DNA of 64,000 nt from an uncultured Woeseia sp. GTDB lineage: Bacteria > Pseudomonadota > Gammaproteobacteria > Steroidobacterales > UBA11654. Location: positions 44,436 through 108,435 of the forward strand of contig CAYVTR010000001.1 in the NCBI GenBank assembly GCA_964454905.1. The letters are read 5' to 3'. Below the pieces are notes generated by a model, which made no database searches, was not told the origin of the DNA, and was given only the letters and a program-made list of their open reading frames with translations. How positions within the stretch are numbered: position 1 is the stretch's first letter; each line of letters begins with the position of its first letter. This document shows, piece after piece, positions 28,275-38,025 of this stretch. The translations under genes were made by a program, and so were the position numbers.

Positions 28275-29351
28275 TTACTTACTCAGTTTAGGGGTTACTT
28301 CTTTTGCCATTAATTCCATGGAGCGTTTTGACAATTCTGGATTAACCCAATCATGAGCCGCATAAACCAATGTGCCAAAGTCACCAGTGATGTCTTTAAA
28401 GGCCTCTATTTGTTCAACCACACTTTCTACAGTCCCGCATATAACCAATGAATCTAGAACATATTCTAGAGTGATATCAGAATCCGCCATGTCTCTGTCG
28501 TGCTTGAAGAGATCCGGCCTTCCATTTCCAATCAGTTTTTGCATGACTTGTTTGAAATAAAAATGATAAGGCCCCTTTGCCCCTTTGCCATATTCTTGAG
28601 CTGTTTTTTCATCATCAGCAACAAATATACTTTTAGCAACCCGCCAGTTTTCTGGTTTCGCTTCATAACCGCCTTGCTCGCAGCCTTTCACATACATAGG
28701 CCAATGCGAAGCCACCCAATTTGGTTGAAGAAAGTTTGCTGAAATCGGTTGCCAACCTCGTTCTGCAGCGGCAACGACGCCTTTAGAAAAAGGAGCGACA
28801 ACCGTCACTACTATTGGAGGGTGGGGTTGTTGATATGGGGTAACAATAACTCCCTGTCCTGTTTCTTCCACGTAGTTTTTTTCAGTAGTGATATCCCAAT
28901 ATTTACCTTTGATGTTATAGGGGGCAGGATTCTGCCATATCTCCAAAATATGATTAATTGATTCAACAAACATTTCGGTTCTATCGTTATCTAGATTTCC
29001 AAAAATTTCTGCATCTGACAATAAACCGCCTGGACTGATACCAAAAAGAAATCTACCTTCAAGCATATTATCAAGCATGGCGACTTGAGCAGCCACTGCA
29101 GCCGGATGGTTATTCGGCAGGTTAACCGTTCCACTGCCCAGTTTAATATTATTTGTAGAGTCAATGAGGCTGGCTATAAACACAAGGCATGAAGTAATTG
29201 CTTCTGCTTTATCTGTTATATGTTCACCAATAAAAGCTTCACTAAAACCTAATTGATCAGCAAGTATTATGGCTTCTCTATCTTCCTTTAGCACATCCAC
29301 ATAATTCCTGCTTGGAGGATGCAAGGGCATTGTAAATAATGAAAGATTCAT
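28275..29351 (-). CDS. Luciferase-like (LLM class) flavin-dependent monooxygenase
   Basis: 358 aa. The TIM-barrel LLM pattern (LGFSEAFIGEH, GSGTVNLPNNHPAAVA, GRFLFGISPG) resembles LimB/alkanal-type monooxygenases. Confidence 0.75.
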   Translation of the reverse strand: MNLSLFTMPLHPPSRNYVDVLKEDREAIILADQLGFSEAFIGEHITDKAEAITSCLVFIASLIDSTNNIKLGSGTVNLPNNHPAAVAAQVAMLDNMLEGRFLFGISPGGLLSDAEIFGNLDNDRTEMFVESINHILEIWQNPAPYNIKGKYWDITTEKNYVEETGQGVIVTPYQQPHPPIVVTVVAPFSKGVVAAAERGWQPISANFLQPNWVASHWPMYVKGCEQGGYEAKPENWRVAKSIFVADDEKTAQEYGKGAKGPYHFYFKQVMQKLIGNGRPDLFKHDRDMADSDITLEYVLDSLVICGTVESVVEQIEAFKDITGDFGTLVYAAHDWVNPELSKRSMELMAKEVTPKLSK

Positions 29352-29378
29352 ATTATTTATGTTATTAAAAAAGATTAT

Positions 29379-29400
29379 TTATTGATCAATTGATAAATAG
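29379..29400. promoter_or_regulatory. Palindromic operator, site B (20/22)
   Basis: TTATTGATCAATTGATAAATAG. Lies between the divergent LLM monooxygenase (start 29351) and the RidA-triple operon (start 29486). Confidence 0.7.
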
Positions 29401-29485
29401 TAGTATATCTGAATTGATTTAACAATTAAGTATCAGATTTAATCGAATACTATTGTTACAAATCAGTTAATATTCAAGGAGATTA

Positions 29486-30772
29486 ATGGCAGAACAACAA
29501 ATAACACCTATCGCAATATGGCCTGGATTGGAGGACGGGGTTCCCAAACCAATTATGCCTTATAGTCCAGCTATAAGACTAGGAGATTGGGTGTTTATAG
29601 CAGGGCAATTAGCCAGTGATTTTAAAACAGGCGTGCCCAAAGAGTTGATCCCTAAATCTGAAGGGGGTAGCACAGGGCTTCAACTTCAATCGGATTTTAT
29701 TTTCAAAAATATGACTCAGACTGTTCAAGCAGCTGAAGCTAATATGAGAACAGATGCTGTCAAACTTTGGGAATGGTTTGTCTCGAATAAACCTGATGCA
29801 CAAGATATTGCCAGTGGTAATAATGCTCATGATGTTGACATTAATAGTTATGAACGGTCACTACATCAGGCATTTGGTAACAAGTGTCCCTCTAGGTCTT
29901 CTATTGGCATTAAAGAACTAATGTGGCTTGGCACTAAAATAGAGTTAGAGGTGATGTGTCTAACCACAGAAGATAAGACCACTTATTATAATTTAGACTC
30001 TGATCCTGAAAAACATGGTGCATTGAGAAAAGGCGATTGGGTCTTTATTTCAAATCAAAATCCAGAGAATAATAAAGGAGAAACCCCAGAATCATTAGAA
30101 GCACAGTTTGATGTTGTTATGAGCAAGATTACAGAATTATCTGAACGCTCAGGTTCATCTTTAGAAAATGCAGTAAAAGCTGAGGTTTTTATCAGTCATC
30201 CAAACGACTTCATCGCAATTGACCAGTTATGGAAGAAATGGTTTCCTAATAACCCTCCAGCACGATTTGTTTTACCAAGATCAGCGATGCAAGCGGGCGA
30301 TTCAAAAGTTGAAGTTTCAATGATGTCTTTGGTTAATGACACTTCACTGTCTAAGAAAATTATTGAGACTTCTGAGGCACCAGAACCACTTGGACATGAA
30401 CCCCAAGCTGTGCAGGTTGATTATCTCTTATTTTACAGCACTCAAATGGCCTTTGATTCTTCAGGGAAGATTGCAGAAGGAATGACCAGGAATAATGCAG
30501 CACCTTGGTATGGCAGACCAGCTCAAGCACAAATGAGATATATGATGTCAAATATCAATACGATTGCTGAAGCAGCCGGTTCCTCAGTGGAGAATATTGT
30601 AAGACGAGCCTGTTTTCATAATGATTTACAGTGGTTTGCAGAATCAATTGAAGAATGGGCCAGGTATTTTCCAAATGATAAACCGGCTTCAACAACTATA
30701 GGCCTTAATGATTCATTGGTTATTGATGGCTCTAATACACTATTAGATTTAATAGCATATGTGCCTAAATAG
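29486..30772 (+). CDS. Triple-domain RidA/YjgF/TdcF-family protein
   Basis: 428 aa in three consecutive ~125-160-aa units, each opening with a RidA-like strand-helix start: PYSPAIRLGDWVFIAGQLA, HGALRKGDWVFISNQNP and EPQAVQVDYLLFYSTQMA. AAGGAG ribosome-binding site upstream. Confidence 0.7.
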   Translation: MAEQQITPIAIWPGLEDGVPKPIMPYSPAIRLGDWVFIAGQLASDFKTGVPKELIPKSEGGSTGLQLQSDFIFKNMTQTVQAAEANMRTDAVKLWEWFVSNKPDAQDIASGNNAHDVDINSYERSLHQAFGNKCPSRSSIGIKELMWLGTKIELEVMCLTTEDKTTYYNLDSDPEKHGALRKGDWVFISNQNPENNKGETPESLEAQFDVVMSKITELSERSGSSLENAVKAEVFISHPNDFIAIDQLWKKWFPNNPPARFVLPRSAMQAGDSKVEVSMMSLVNDTSLSKKIIETSEAPEPLGHEPQAVQVDYLLFYSTQMAFDSSGKIAEGMTRNNAAPWYGRPAQAQMRYMMSNINTIAEAAGSSVENIVRRACFHNDLQWFAESIEEWARYFPNDKPASTTIGLNDSLVIDGSNTLLDLIAYVPK

Positions 30773-30783
30773 CTTTTAAAATA

Positions 30784-31671
30784 ATGAAGAAAATCAGTTT
30801 TTTAGGATTGGGAAAGATGGGTTCAGTAATGGCACCATTATTCATTGAAGCAGGCCATCAACTGACAGTATTTAACCGTAATAAAGATAAAACTGAAGCC
30901 TTGAGAGAGCAGGGAGCTATGATTGCTTCCAGTCCAGCAGAAGCCTCTCAGGCATCTGAATATGTTTTTACTATGTTAAGCGATGATGCAGCGGCGGAGT
31001 CAGTGTTTTTGTCTGAACAGGGTCTGCTCAGCACTGATGTAAAAGATAAGTTGTTTATCGATATGAGCACCTTAAAACCGAGCACTGTTACGATGCTTGC
31101 CAAAAAAGTCTCTGATGCGTCAGCTTATTTTATTGATGCACCCGTTTCTGGAACAGTTGCACCAGCTGCAAAGGGGCAGCTGATGTTTTTTTGCGGCGGT
31201 GCTAGCGAGCAAATTGAAAGAGCTAGACCATTATTAGACATTTTATCTAGACGAATTATCCATGCTGGAGATATTGGGTCTGGCTCGCTTTTAAAGCTGG
31301 TGGTTAATTTGCCGTTGGCAATTTATTGGCAGGCTTTAGCGGAGGCAGTATCACTGGGTTCTTCAGGCGATCTTAGTGATGAGATTATGCTCGATGCAAT
31401 AGCAGATAGCTCAGCTGCTTTAGCAGTTCTGAAGATGAAGATACCTGTCATGCTAGGCGAAGATTTACCCGTGGCGTTTGATATGAACAGTATGGTAAAA
31501 GATTTGAAATCTATTCTTGTAACTGCTGATGAGTCAGGCCTAAGATTACCTACAACCACTTCAGCACTTAATGTGTATATAAAAGCCATTGAAGAGGGTG
31601 GAATGGGCCAAGATGATGCAGTGAAAATATTGAGTTTCGTGAAAACATTAGAAGATATTAAAACCTCTTAA
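30784..31671 (+). CDS. NAD(P)-dependent oxidoreductase, 3-hydroxyisobutyrate/tartronate-semialdehyde reductase family
   Basis: 295 aa. ISFLGLGKMGSVMA Rossmann motif, DAPVSG and GSGSLLKLVVN blocks. Confidence 0.8.
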   Translation: MKKISFLGLGKMGSVMAPLFIEAGHQLTVFNRNKDKTEALREQGAMIASSPAEASQASEYVFTMLSDDAAAESVFLSEQGLLSTDVKDKLFIDMSTLKPSTVTMLAKKVSDASAYFIDAPVSGTVAPAAKGQLMFFCGGASEQIERARPLLDILSRRIIHAGDIGSGSLLKLVVNLPLAIYWQALAEAVSLGSSGDLSDEIMLDAIADSSAALAVLKMKIPVMLGEDLPVAFDMNSMVKDLKSILVTADESGLRLPTTTSALNVYIKAIEEGGMGQDDAVKILSFVKTLEDIKTS

Positions 31672-31679
31672 AACAATCT

Positions 31680-33416
31680 ATGGAACAGTTCTCAGAAATC
31701 AAAGATGGTATGCAAATAGATTGGGATGTCTCAATTGAAATGGATGATGGACTGATCTTAAGAGCAGATATTTTTAGACCAATTAGTGAGGGACAATACC
31801 CTGTTTTAATTACATACGGACCTTATGCTAAAGGGCTTCCTTTTCAGCAGGGCTATCCTAGTGCTTGGGACAGAATGGCTGAAAAACACCCGGATGTTAC
31901 TGCTGGTTCTTCAAATAAATATCAAAATTGGGAAGTGGTTGATCCAGAGAAATGGGTTCCTGATGGATATGTTTGTGTACGAATTGATTCCAGGGGTTGT
32001 GGAGCTTCTCCAGGATATATAGATCATTTTTCTCCCAGAGAAACGCTCGACTTTGTGAATTGCATAGAATGGGCGGGACAACAAGAATGGAGTAACGGTA
32101 ATGTCGGTATTAATGGTGTGTCCTACTATGGTATCAATCAATGGCAGGTAGCTTCAAAGCAACCTAAGTACCTCAAAGCAATGTGCATTTGGGAAGGCGC
32201 GAGTGATTGGTATCGAGACATGACCCACCATGGCGGTATTCTTAGCACCTTTTGGGCCAATTGGTTTGATATGCAGGTTAAAACAGTACAATACGGACTT
32301 GGTCACAATGGCATGATTAATCAATTTAATCATAGACCTATTTGTGGCGATACAGAATTGACAGAAGCTGAGCTTGAGAAGAATCGTTGTAATTTTGGTG
32401 AAGAAATTAAAGCCCATCCAATGATGGATGAATACCATAAAGAAAGATCAGCGGTTTGGGAAAAAATTACAATACCATTCCTATCGGCTGGCAATTGGGG
32501 TGGCCAAGGTCTGCATCTGAGAGGGAATACTGAAGGCTTTGATAGAGCTGCATCCAATAATAAGTGGTTGGAGATGCATGGTCTTGAGCATTGGACGGAG
32601 TTTTATACAGATTATGGTGTCAATCTTCAAAAACGTTTTTTTAATCATTATCTTAAAGGGGCAAATAATGACTGGAGTCAGCAACCTAGAGTTCAACTTC
32701 AGGTCAGGTATATTAATGGTTTTAAGGAGCGTCATGAAAATGAATGGCCAATTGAAAGAACTCAATGGACAAAGATGTACCTTGATGCAGACAACAATTT
32801 GAATCATCAACATTCAGTTACTTCATCATCCTCATTATCATACGAAGCCATAGGTGAGGGTTTAAATTTCAAATCAAAACCCTTTGAGCAAGAGACAGAG
32901 ATCACAGGTCCATTGGCACTTAAATTATTTATTTCTTCTTCTACAGCTGATACAGATCTATTTGTTGCAATGAGATTATTCAGTGATACAGATAAAGAGA
33001 TAGTGTTTCAGGGAGCTGTTGACCCTTATACTCCAATTGCTCAAGGGTGGTTAAGGGCATCTCACAGAAAGCTGGATACAGACCTCTCTAAACCATGGAG
33101 GCCGTATCATAGCCATGATCAAAAGCAGTTATTGGATCCTGATGAAATTGTTGAGCTTGATATAGAGATTTGGCCAACTTCAATTGTTATACCTGAAAAT
33201 TATTATTTAGTCTTAACCGTCAGGGGTAAAGACTATGAATACCCTTTAGCAGAGACACAAATTTTATCTAATTTTAAGAATCAACTGACCGGTTGTGGAC
33301 CCTTCCTACATAATGATCCTTCTGATAGGAATGAGAATCTCGAGAGCATCACCACACTTCACTTTAGTCCAGAGAACCCTTCCTATTTGTTGTTACCAAT
33401 TATTCCTGAAAAATGA
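31680..33416 (+). CDS. CocE/NonD family (S15 X-Pro dipeptidyl-peptidase-like) hydrolase
   Basis: 578 aa. YPVLITYGPY, VRIDSRGCGASPG and serine elbow GINGVSYYG, with the large C-terminal jelly-roll domain typical of CocE/NonD. Confidence 0.8.
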   Translation: MEQFSEIKDGMQIDWDVSIEMDDGLILRADIFRPISEGQYPVLITYGPYAKGLPFQQGYPSAWDRMAEKHPDVTAGSSNKYQNWEVVDPEKWVPDGYVCVRIDSRGCGASPGYIDHFSPRETLDFVNCIEWAGQQEWSNGNVGINGVSYYGINQWQVASKQPKYLKAMCIWEGASDWYRDMTHHGGILSTFWANWFDMQVKTVQYGLGHNGMINQFNHRPICGDTELTEAELEKNRCNFGEEIKAHPMMDEYHKERSAVWEKITIPFLSAGNWGGQGLHLRGNTEGFDRAASNNKWLEMHGLEHWTEFYTDYGVNLQKRFFNHYLKGANNDWSQQPRVQLQVRYINGFKERHENEWPIERTQWTKMYLDADNNLNHQHSVTSSSSLSYEAIGEGLNFKSKPFEQETEITGPLALKLFISSSTADTDLFVAMRLFSDTDKEIVFQGAVDPYTPIAQGWLRASHRKLDTDLSKPWRPYHSHDQKQLLDPDEIVELDIEIWPTSIVIPENYYLVLTVRGKDYEYPLAETQILSNFKNQLTGCGPFLHNDPSDRNENLESITTLHFSPENPSYLLLPIIPEK

Positions 33417-34078
33417 ATATTAATAATCAGAAAATTATAGCTTTAATTCATGCCCTAGAAGAATCTGAAGAACCTATTAAGCAATCATTTAAAAAAATAT
33501 GGCCTGACGTGATATTAAATCAATATGCTGATTTTAAACTGTCTAAAGATAGAGCTAGAGGTGTAGATGAGGCTATTATTAGAGAGAGAATTATTGATCT
33601 GGGGATGGCTGCCATTGAAGATGGAGTCGATGCAATATTATACACTTGCAGCGCTTTCGGGGACGCAATTAATGCCGCTAAAGAGCAAATTAATATTCCA
33701 GTGTTTAGACCAAATGAGTCAGCCTTTGATGAGGCAATCATCAAAGGAAAAACGGTTCACATCTTAGTGACATTTATTCCATCATTAGAGCTGTTGGTCA
33801 ATGAATTTAAAACAATGAGCAAGGGATTAAATATAGATGTGAATGGTTATTTGGTTGACGGTGCTCTGAATGATTTGAAAAATGATCAGGTTGATCTACA
33901 CAACAAAAAAATCATCGAAGCAATAAGAAAGATTCCTGAAAATGAAACGGTCATTCTGGGACAATTCTCAATGGCTAGAGCTTCAGATTTAATTGCAAAA
34001 GAAATGCCAAATCGTCTTGTTCTTAATACTCCTGATGCATCTGTATTAAGACTAAGAGATACTATTGCACCCAAGTAA
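33413..34078 (+). CDS. Asp/Glu/hydantoin racemase-like family protein (assignment tentative)
   Basis: 221 aa with two-lobed alpha/beta organisation. A DAILYTCSAFG block resembles the racemase/arylmalonate decarboxylase superfamily. 4-nt overlap with the upstream gene. Confidence 0.45.
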   Translation: MNINNQKIIALIHALEESEEPIKQSFKKIWPDVILNQYADFKLSKDRARGVDEAIIRERIIDLGMAAIEDGVDAILYTCSAFGDAINAAKEQINIPVFRPNESAFDEAIIKGKTVHILVTFIPSLELLVNEFKTMSKGLNIDVNGYLVDGALNDLKNDQVDLHNKKIIEAIRKIPENETVILGQFSMARASDLIAKEMPNRLVLNTPDASVLRLRDTIAPK

Positions 34079-35546
34079 AACGACTTCTTTTTCTCAAATA
34101 TTGTCTGGAGTCAGTTTCATCCAAAAGCTGTTCTTGCAAATGATCTGATTCTCTTACAACTTCACCATGATCAATAGTTTTATGCTTGCCATTCTCAACA
34201 ACAACTTCTCCTTGAACCATTACTGCTGTAATTGCACCTTGATTCGGTCCATTGCCGTACACTAAATTAGCTATCATCGCACCCATCGGTGTCAAATGAC
34301 TTTCAGATGTTCTATCTATGAGTAGAATATCTGCAAACTTCCCTGACTCCAGAGATCCAATTTTTTCATCCATCATAAGGGCTTTAGCACCATCAATGGT
34401 AGCTAATTCAAGTGCTTGCTCAGCACTGCCATAAAGAACTTCATCACCCGTCCATTTAGTTTGAGTATCAGACATCATGGTGCGATGCTGATCCCCCATT
34501 CTTTGTGCTGTAAGGAAGCTTCTCATTGCCGTCCAAAGATCATGACCATAAGCAACCACTGGCCCATCTAGGCCTAGACCACAAGTTACATTTGATTCCA
34601 AAAACTTTTTTGCATCAAAATTAACTAAACCAAGTACTTGTTCCATATCCGGGACTAAAGCCACAGCTGCTCCACAATCAGCAATTAATTTCTCTTCTCC
34701 TGACCTTAGGTTTTGTGAGTGTGCAGAGATAACATTTGGACCTAGAATTCCAACATGATCTAACCATTCAAAAGAACCGCCTTCCCATCCTCTTCTGGAG
34801 GCAAGATATTTGTGATCTAGTACAGCTGGTGCATGAATATCAAATTGCCTATCATTATCAACAGTCCATTTCCAAAGTTCAATGAGCTGATCAGGTTCAC
34901 AGTAAGTGATTCCTATTGTTGAAGCGGTCACTGATATTTTATCATTCTCCCACTCAGATTTTACCCTTTCGGTTTCAGCTAATCCTTCATCTAATTCTTC
35001 TCTGAAACCATCGGGTACAGCTTCTTTGTCATTGATTGTTAGTCTCGCCATTCGACAACGTATCCCCGAGTCATCAATTGCTTTTAAAACTCCATCAATA
35101 GATCTTTTATGTAGATGTGTAAAATGATCATCAGCTGTTGTGGTTACACCTCTCAGCAGAAGATCCATGATTGGCGGCATTGATGCTATATAGGACCTTT
35201 CTTCATCGCATGCTCCTGTCATAGGGTAATAAAATCCAAACAATCTTTCTTCATAGGTTGTGCCATCTGCCATCCCTCTCATACACCCCTGGATTAAATG
35301 AGAATGTACATTGACTAGTCCTGGTAAAACAATAAAACCATCCCCTCCGAGTTGATTATCAGATTCATATTCACATTCACTTATCGATCCAACTGATTCA
35401 ATTATTCCATTGTTAACTGCAACATATCCATCGAGAAAAACATGTCGCTCTTGATCCATTGAAATAACAATTCCTTTGAGTAAAGTGTCACATTTTTTCT
35501 TCATGACCATTTTAATTATTTTTCCCCAATGACTGTTGATCCACAT
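34062..35546 (-). CDS. Metal-dependent amidohydrolase (TRZ/ATZ, aminohydrolase/deaminase-like)
   Basis: PGLVNVHSHLIQG HxH metal motif, plus later H and D ligands. The likely true start is ATG 35510 (MVMKKKCDTLL), 1 nt after the stop of the upstream MFS gene. Confidence 0.8.
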   Translation of the reverse strand: MWINSHWGKIIKMVMKKKCDTLLKGIVISMDQERHVFLDGYVAVNNGIIESVGSISECEYESDNQLGGDGFIVLPGLVNVHSHLIQGCMRGMADGTTYEERLFGFYYPMTGACDEERSYIASMPPIMDLLLRGVTTTADDHFTHLHKRSIDGVLKAIDDSGIRCRMARLTINDKEAVPDGFREELDEGLAETERVKSEWENDKISVTASTIGITYCEPDQLIELWKWTVDNDRQFDIHAPAVLDHKYLASRRGWEGGSFEWLDHVGILGPNVISAHSQNLRSGEEKLIADCGAAVALVPDMEQVLGLVNFDAKKFLESNVTCGLGLDGPVVAYGHDLWTAMRSFLTAQRMGDQHRTMMSDTQTKWTGDEVLYGSAEQALELATIDGAKALMMDEKIGSLESGKFADILLIDRTSESHLTPMGAMIANLVYGNGPNQGAITAVMVQGEVVVENGKHKTIDHGEVVRESDHLQEQLLDETDSRQYLRKRSRFTWVQ

Positions 35547-36834
35547 TGTAAAGCGTTATTAATAAACAGCTTATAAATAAACATATCACTGGGAAACCCC
35601 CAGCATTGAAATACATCATATTGATCACGCTCTCTGATTGAGAATTTGATGAGGCATCATAATCAACATAACCCAGCAAAATGCCCAAAATCGATGGCCC
35701 TATTGCAAAAGATAATTTCTCGACTGTTGTGTATACACCAGCCAAGATTCCTTCTCGTCTATGACCGCTGGTTTGAAAATCATATTGCATGGTATCTGGT
35801 AGCATCGATTGCCCCACTAAAAGAAGCCCACCTGCACCAATTCCAAGAAATACACCTCTGATGATGATACCTATTTCTGATTCTCCAGAAGTAACAAGCA
35901 TCCATGATAATGCTCCTAATCCCCAAGATATAGAGGCTAAATAGTAGCCATTTTTCTTACCAATCTTATTAACAATTTTTACCCAAATTGGCTGTGAAAT
36001 TAACATAACTGATCCTTGTACCAGAAAGTAGAAGCCCAAATAATTGTAGGAAAGATCCATGACCCTAGTAAATAAATAGGGCAAAGACGCTAAGAAAACT
36101 GCAAAGCCTGTTAATTGTGTAACCTTTATACCCAATAATATTGCAAAAGGTTTGATTTGAAATGCTGTCTTAAATTGTTGAAAGAATGAGCCAGATTCTT
36201 TTGTTTCAATATCTGAATTAACAAATGACGCGTCTTTGGTCATCCATACACAAAGAACTCCTGCTAGAACCATAATGATGGCTAACGTATTGGCCATACC
36301 ACTATGACCAATGATCCCACTACCAAAGAAGACAACCAATGCAGGCCCCAAAGCTGAGCCACCTAACTGGCCAGCCGCAACCGCCATCACTCTGTATGAC
36401 ATTAGATCAGTTCTTGCATTGTAATCCGTTGTAATCTCAGCAGGCATGGCTAAATAAGGCACATTAAAAATGGTATAGCCTGTGGCATTAAGTATCAGAG
36501 CAAATAGTGTAATCAAGATTATATTTTGAGAATCAGAAAAGAGAGCTAAATTGAATAGCAAAATAAAAGATAAAGCACACATTATGGTCCCCAAGAGAAC
36601 ATAGGGTCTTCTTTTCCCCCAAGAGCTTCTTGTTTTGTCACTAATCCTACCCATCACTGGGTCTGTGAGAGCGTCATAAATTTTAGATAACCCGATCAGT
36701 AGACCAGCTGTTGTGGCATTCATATTGACAAAATCAGTCAGGTAAACCAGCAAAAGCAAGCCATTGGCTTGAAACATCAGTGAAACTGTTAGAGTTCCAA
36801 TACCCCAGCCAAATTTTGTTTTAAAAGGGAGCAT
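35512..36834 (-). CDS. GPH-family (MelB-like) cation symporter of the MFS superfamily
   Basis: 440 aa, 12 TM. Signature DPVMGRISDKTRSSWGKRRPY is typical of glycoside-pentoside-hexuronide transporters. Confidence 0.8.
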   Translation of the reverse strand: MLPFKTKFGWGIGTLTVSLMFQANGLLLLVYLTDFVNMNATTAGLLIGLSKIYDALTDPVMGRISDKTRSSWGKRRPYVLLGTIMCALSFILLFNLALFSDSQNIILITLFALILNATGYTIFNVPYLAMPAEITTDYNARTDLMSYRVMAVAAGQLGGSALGPALVVFFGSGIIGHSGMANTLAIIMVLAGVLCVWMTKDASFVNSDIETKESGSFFQQFKTAFQIKPFAILLGIKVTQLTGFAVFLASLPYLFTRVMDLSYNYLGFYFLVQGSVMLISQPIWVKIVNKIGKKNGYYLASISWGLGALSWMLVTSGESEIGIIIRGVFLGIGAGGLLLVGQSMLPDTMQYDFQTSGHRREGILAGVYTTVEKLSFAIGPSILGILLGYVDYDASSNSQSESVINMMYFNAGGFPVICLFISCLLITLYNVDQQSLGKNN

Positions 36835-36849
36835 AAATTGATTGTCCTG

Positions 36850-37992
36850 TTATCTAAGTAGCTCTTTTGCAATCATGCTTCGCAGTGCTTCAGATGTGCC
36901 TTCATATATTCTCATGGGTCTAATATCTCGATAACATCTCTCCAGGATTGTCTCATCAGAGAGTCCAGCAGCACCATGAATTTGCATGGCTTTATCAACA
37001 ACTTTTGTGACCATTTCTGTTGCATGCAATTTGGACATTGCCGTTTGAAGATAAACTTTTTCACCTTCTTGCGCGCGTAAAGCTGTGTCGTAAACCAAAA
37101 GTCTGCAGTTATGTAATTCTAAAGCTGAATCTGCAATCATCCATTGTATAGCTTGTCGAGATGAAAGAGGTTTGCCGAATGTGTGCCTCACTTTTGCATA
37201 TTCTGTTGCCATTTCGAGACAACGATCAGCTATCCCTAAAGCTCTTGCAGCAATCTGAATTCTGCCTGAGAAAAGATAATCAGTGCCTGAAGCCCATGCT
37301 TGTCCTGTTTTGCCAAGTAATTGTTTTGCATCAACCACGCAATTGTCAAAGAATAATTCATATGTATTTTGTCCATGGATCATTTTTTGTTCTCTACCAA
37401 TTGTGAACCCAGGTGTTCCAGCATCCACAATAACCCATTGCAGACCATCATGACGCTCTGTGCCTTTTAGGCGGGTTAGAACTAGAATGAACCTTGCGGT
37501 TTTGGCTTTGAAGATCCAACACTTATTTCCATTGATCACCCAGCCATCTTGGCTTTGCTCAATAGTGGTTTGTATACCTGCCATGTCGCCACCTGCGCCA
37601 GGTTCACTAAATGCACTGGATCCATGAAACTCTCCTTTGACAGCGGGCACCATGTACTTATTTTTTTGTTCTTCTGTGCCTAACTCATAAAGCATTGAGG
37701 CAAATGTTGAAGAAAAAACACTGCAACCCGCAGTTGATCGATGAACTTGTTCTGTGATAATGCAATTATCCAGTGGCCCCAGTCCTGCACCTCCAGCATC
37801 TTCTGGTGTTTCTCTGGCCGTTAATCCCATTTCATGTACTTTTGCAGTTAATTCTAAGTAAATGTCTTCCGGGAGCTCGTAAGAATTTGGTCGATCAGGT
37901 AATTTCTTTTCCAGTGGTATGAGTTCATTGTCCACAAATCGTTTGACGTTATCTTGAAGCATCAAGGTTTCTTCTGGAAGCTTATAAAGCAT
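36850..37992 (-). CDS. Acyl-CoA dehydrogenase
   Basis: 380 aa. The three-domain ACAD pattern ends with IYEGTSEALRSMIAKELL, which carries the catalytic Glu block. Confidence 0.9.
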   Translation of the reverse strand: MLYKLPEETLMLQDNVKRFVDNELIPLEKKLPDRPNSYELPEDIYLELTAKVHEMGLTARETPEDAGGAGLGPLDNCIITEQVHRSTAGCSVFSSTFASMLYELGTEEQKNKYMVPAVKGEFHGSSAFSEPGAGGDMAGIQTTIEQSQDGWVINGNKCWIFKAKTARFILVLTRLKGTERHDGLQWVIVDAGTPGFTIGREQKMIHGQNTYELFFDNCVVDAKQLLGKTGQAWASGTDYLFSGRIQIAARALGIADRCLEMATEYAKVRHTFGKPLSSRQAIQWMIADSALELHNCRLLVYDTALRAQEGEKVYLQTAMSKLHATEMVTKVVDKAMQIHGAAGLSDETILERCYRDIRPMRIYEGTSEALRSMIAKELLR

Positions 37993-38025
37993 TGCTAAAT
38001 CTCTCTATTAATATTCTATTTATTA

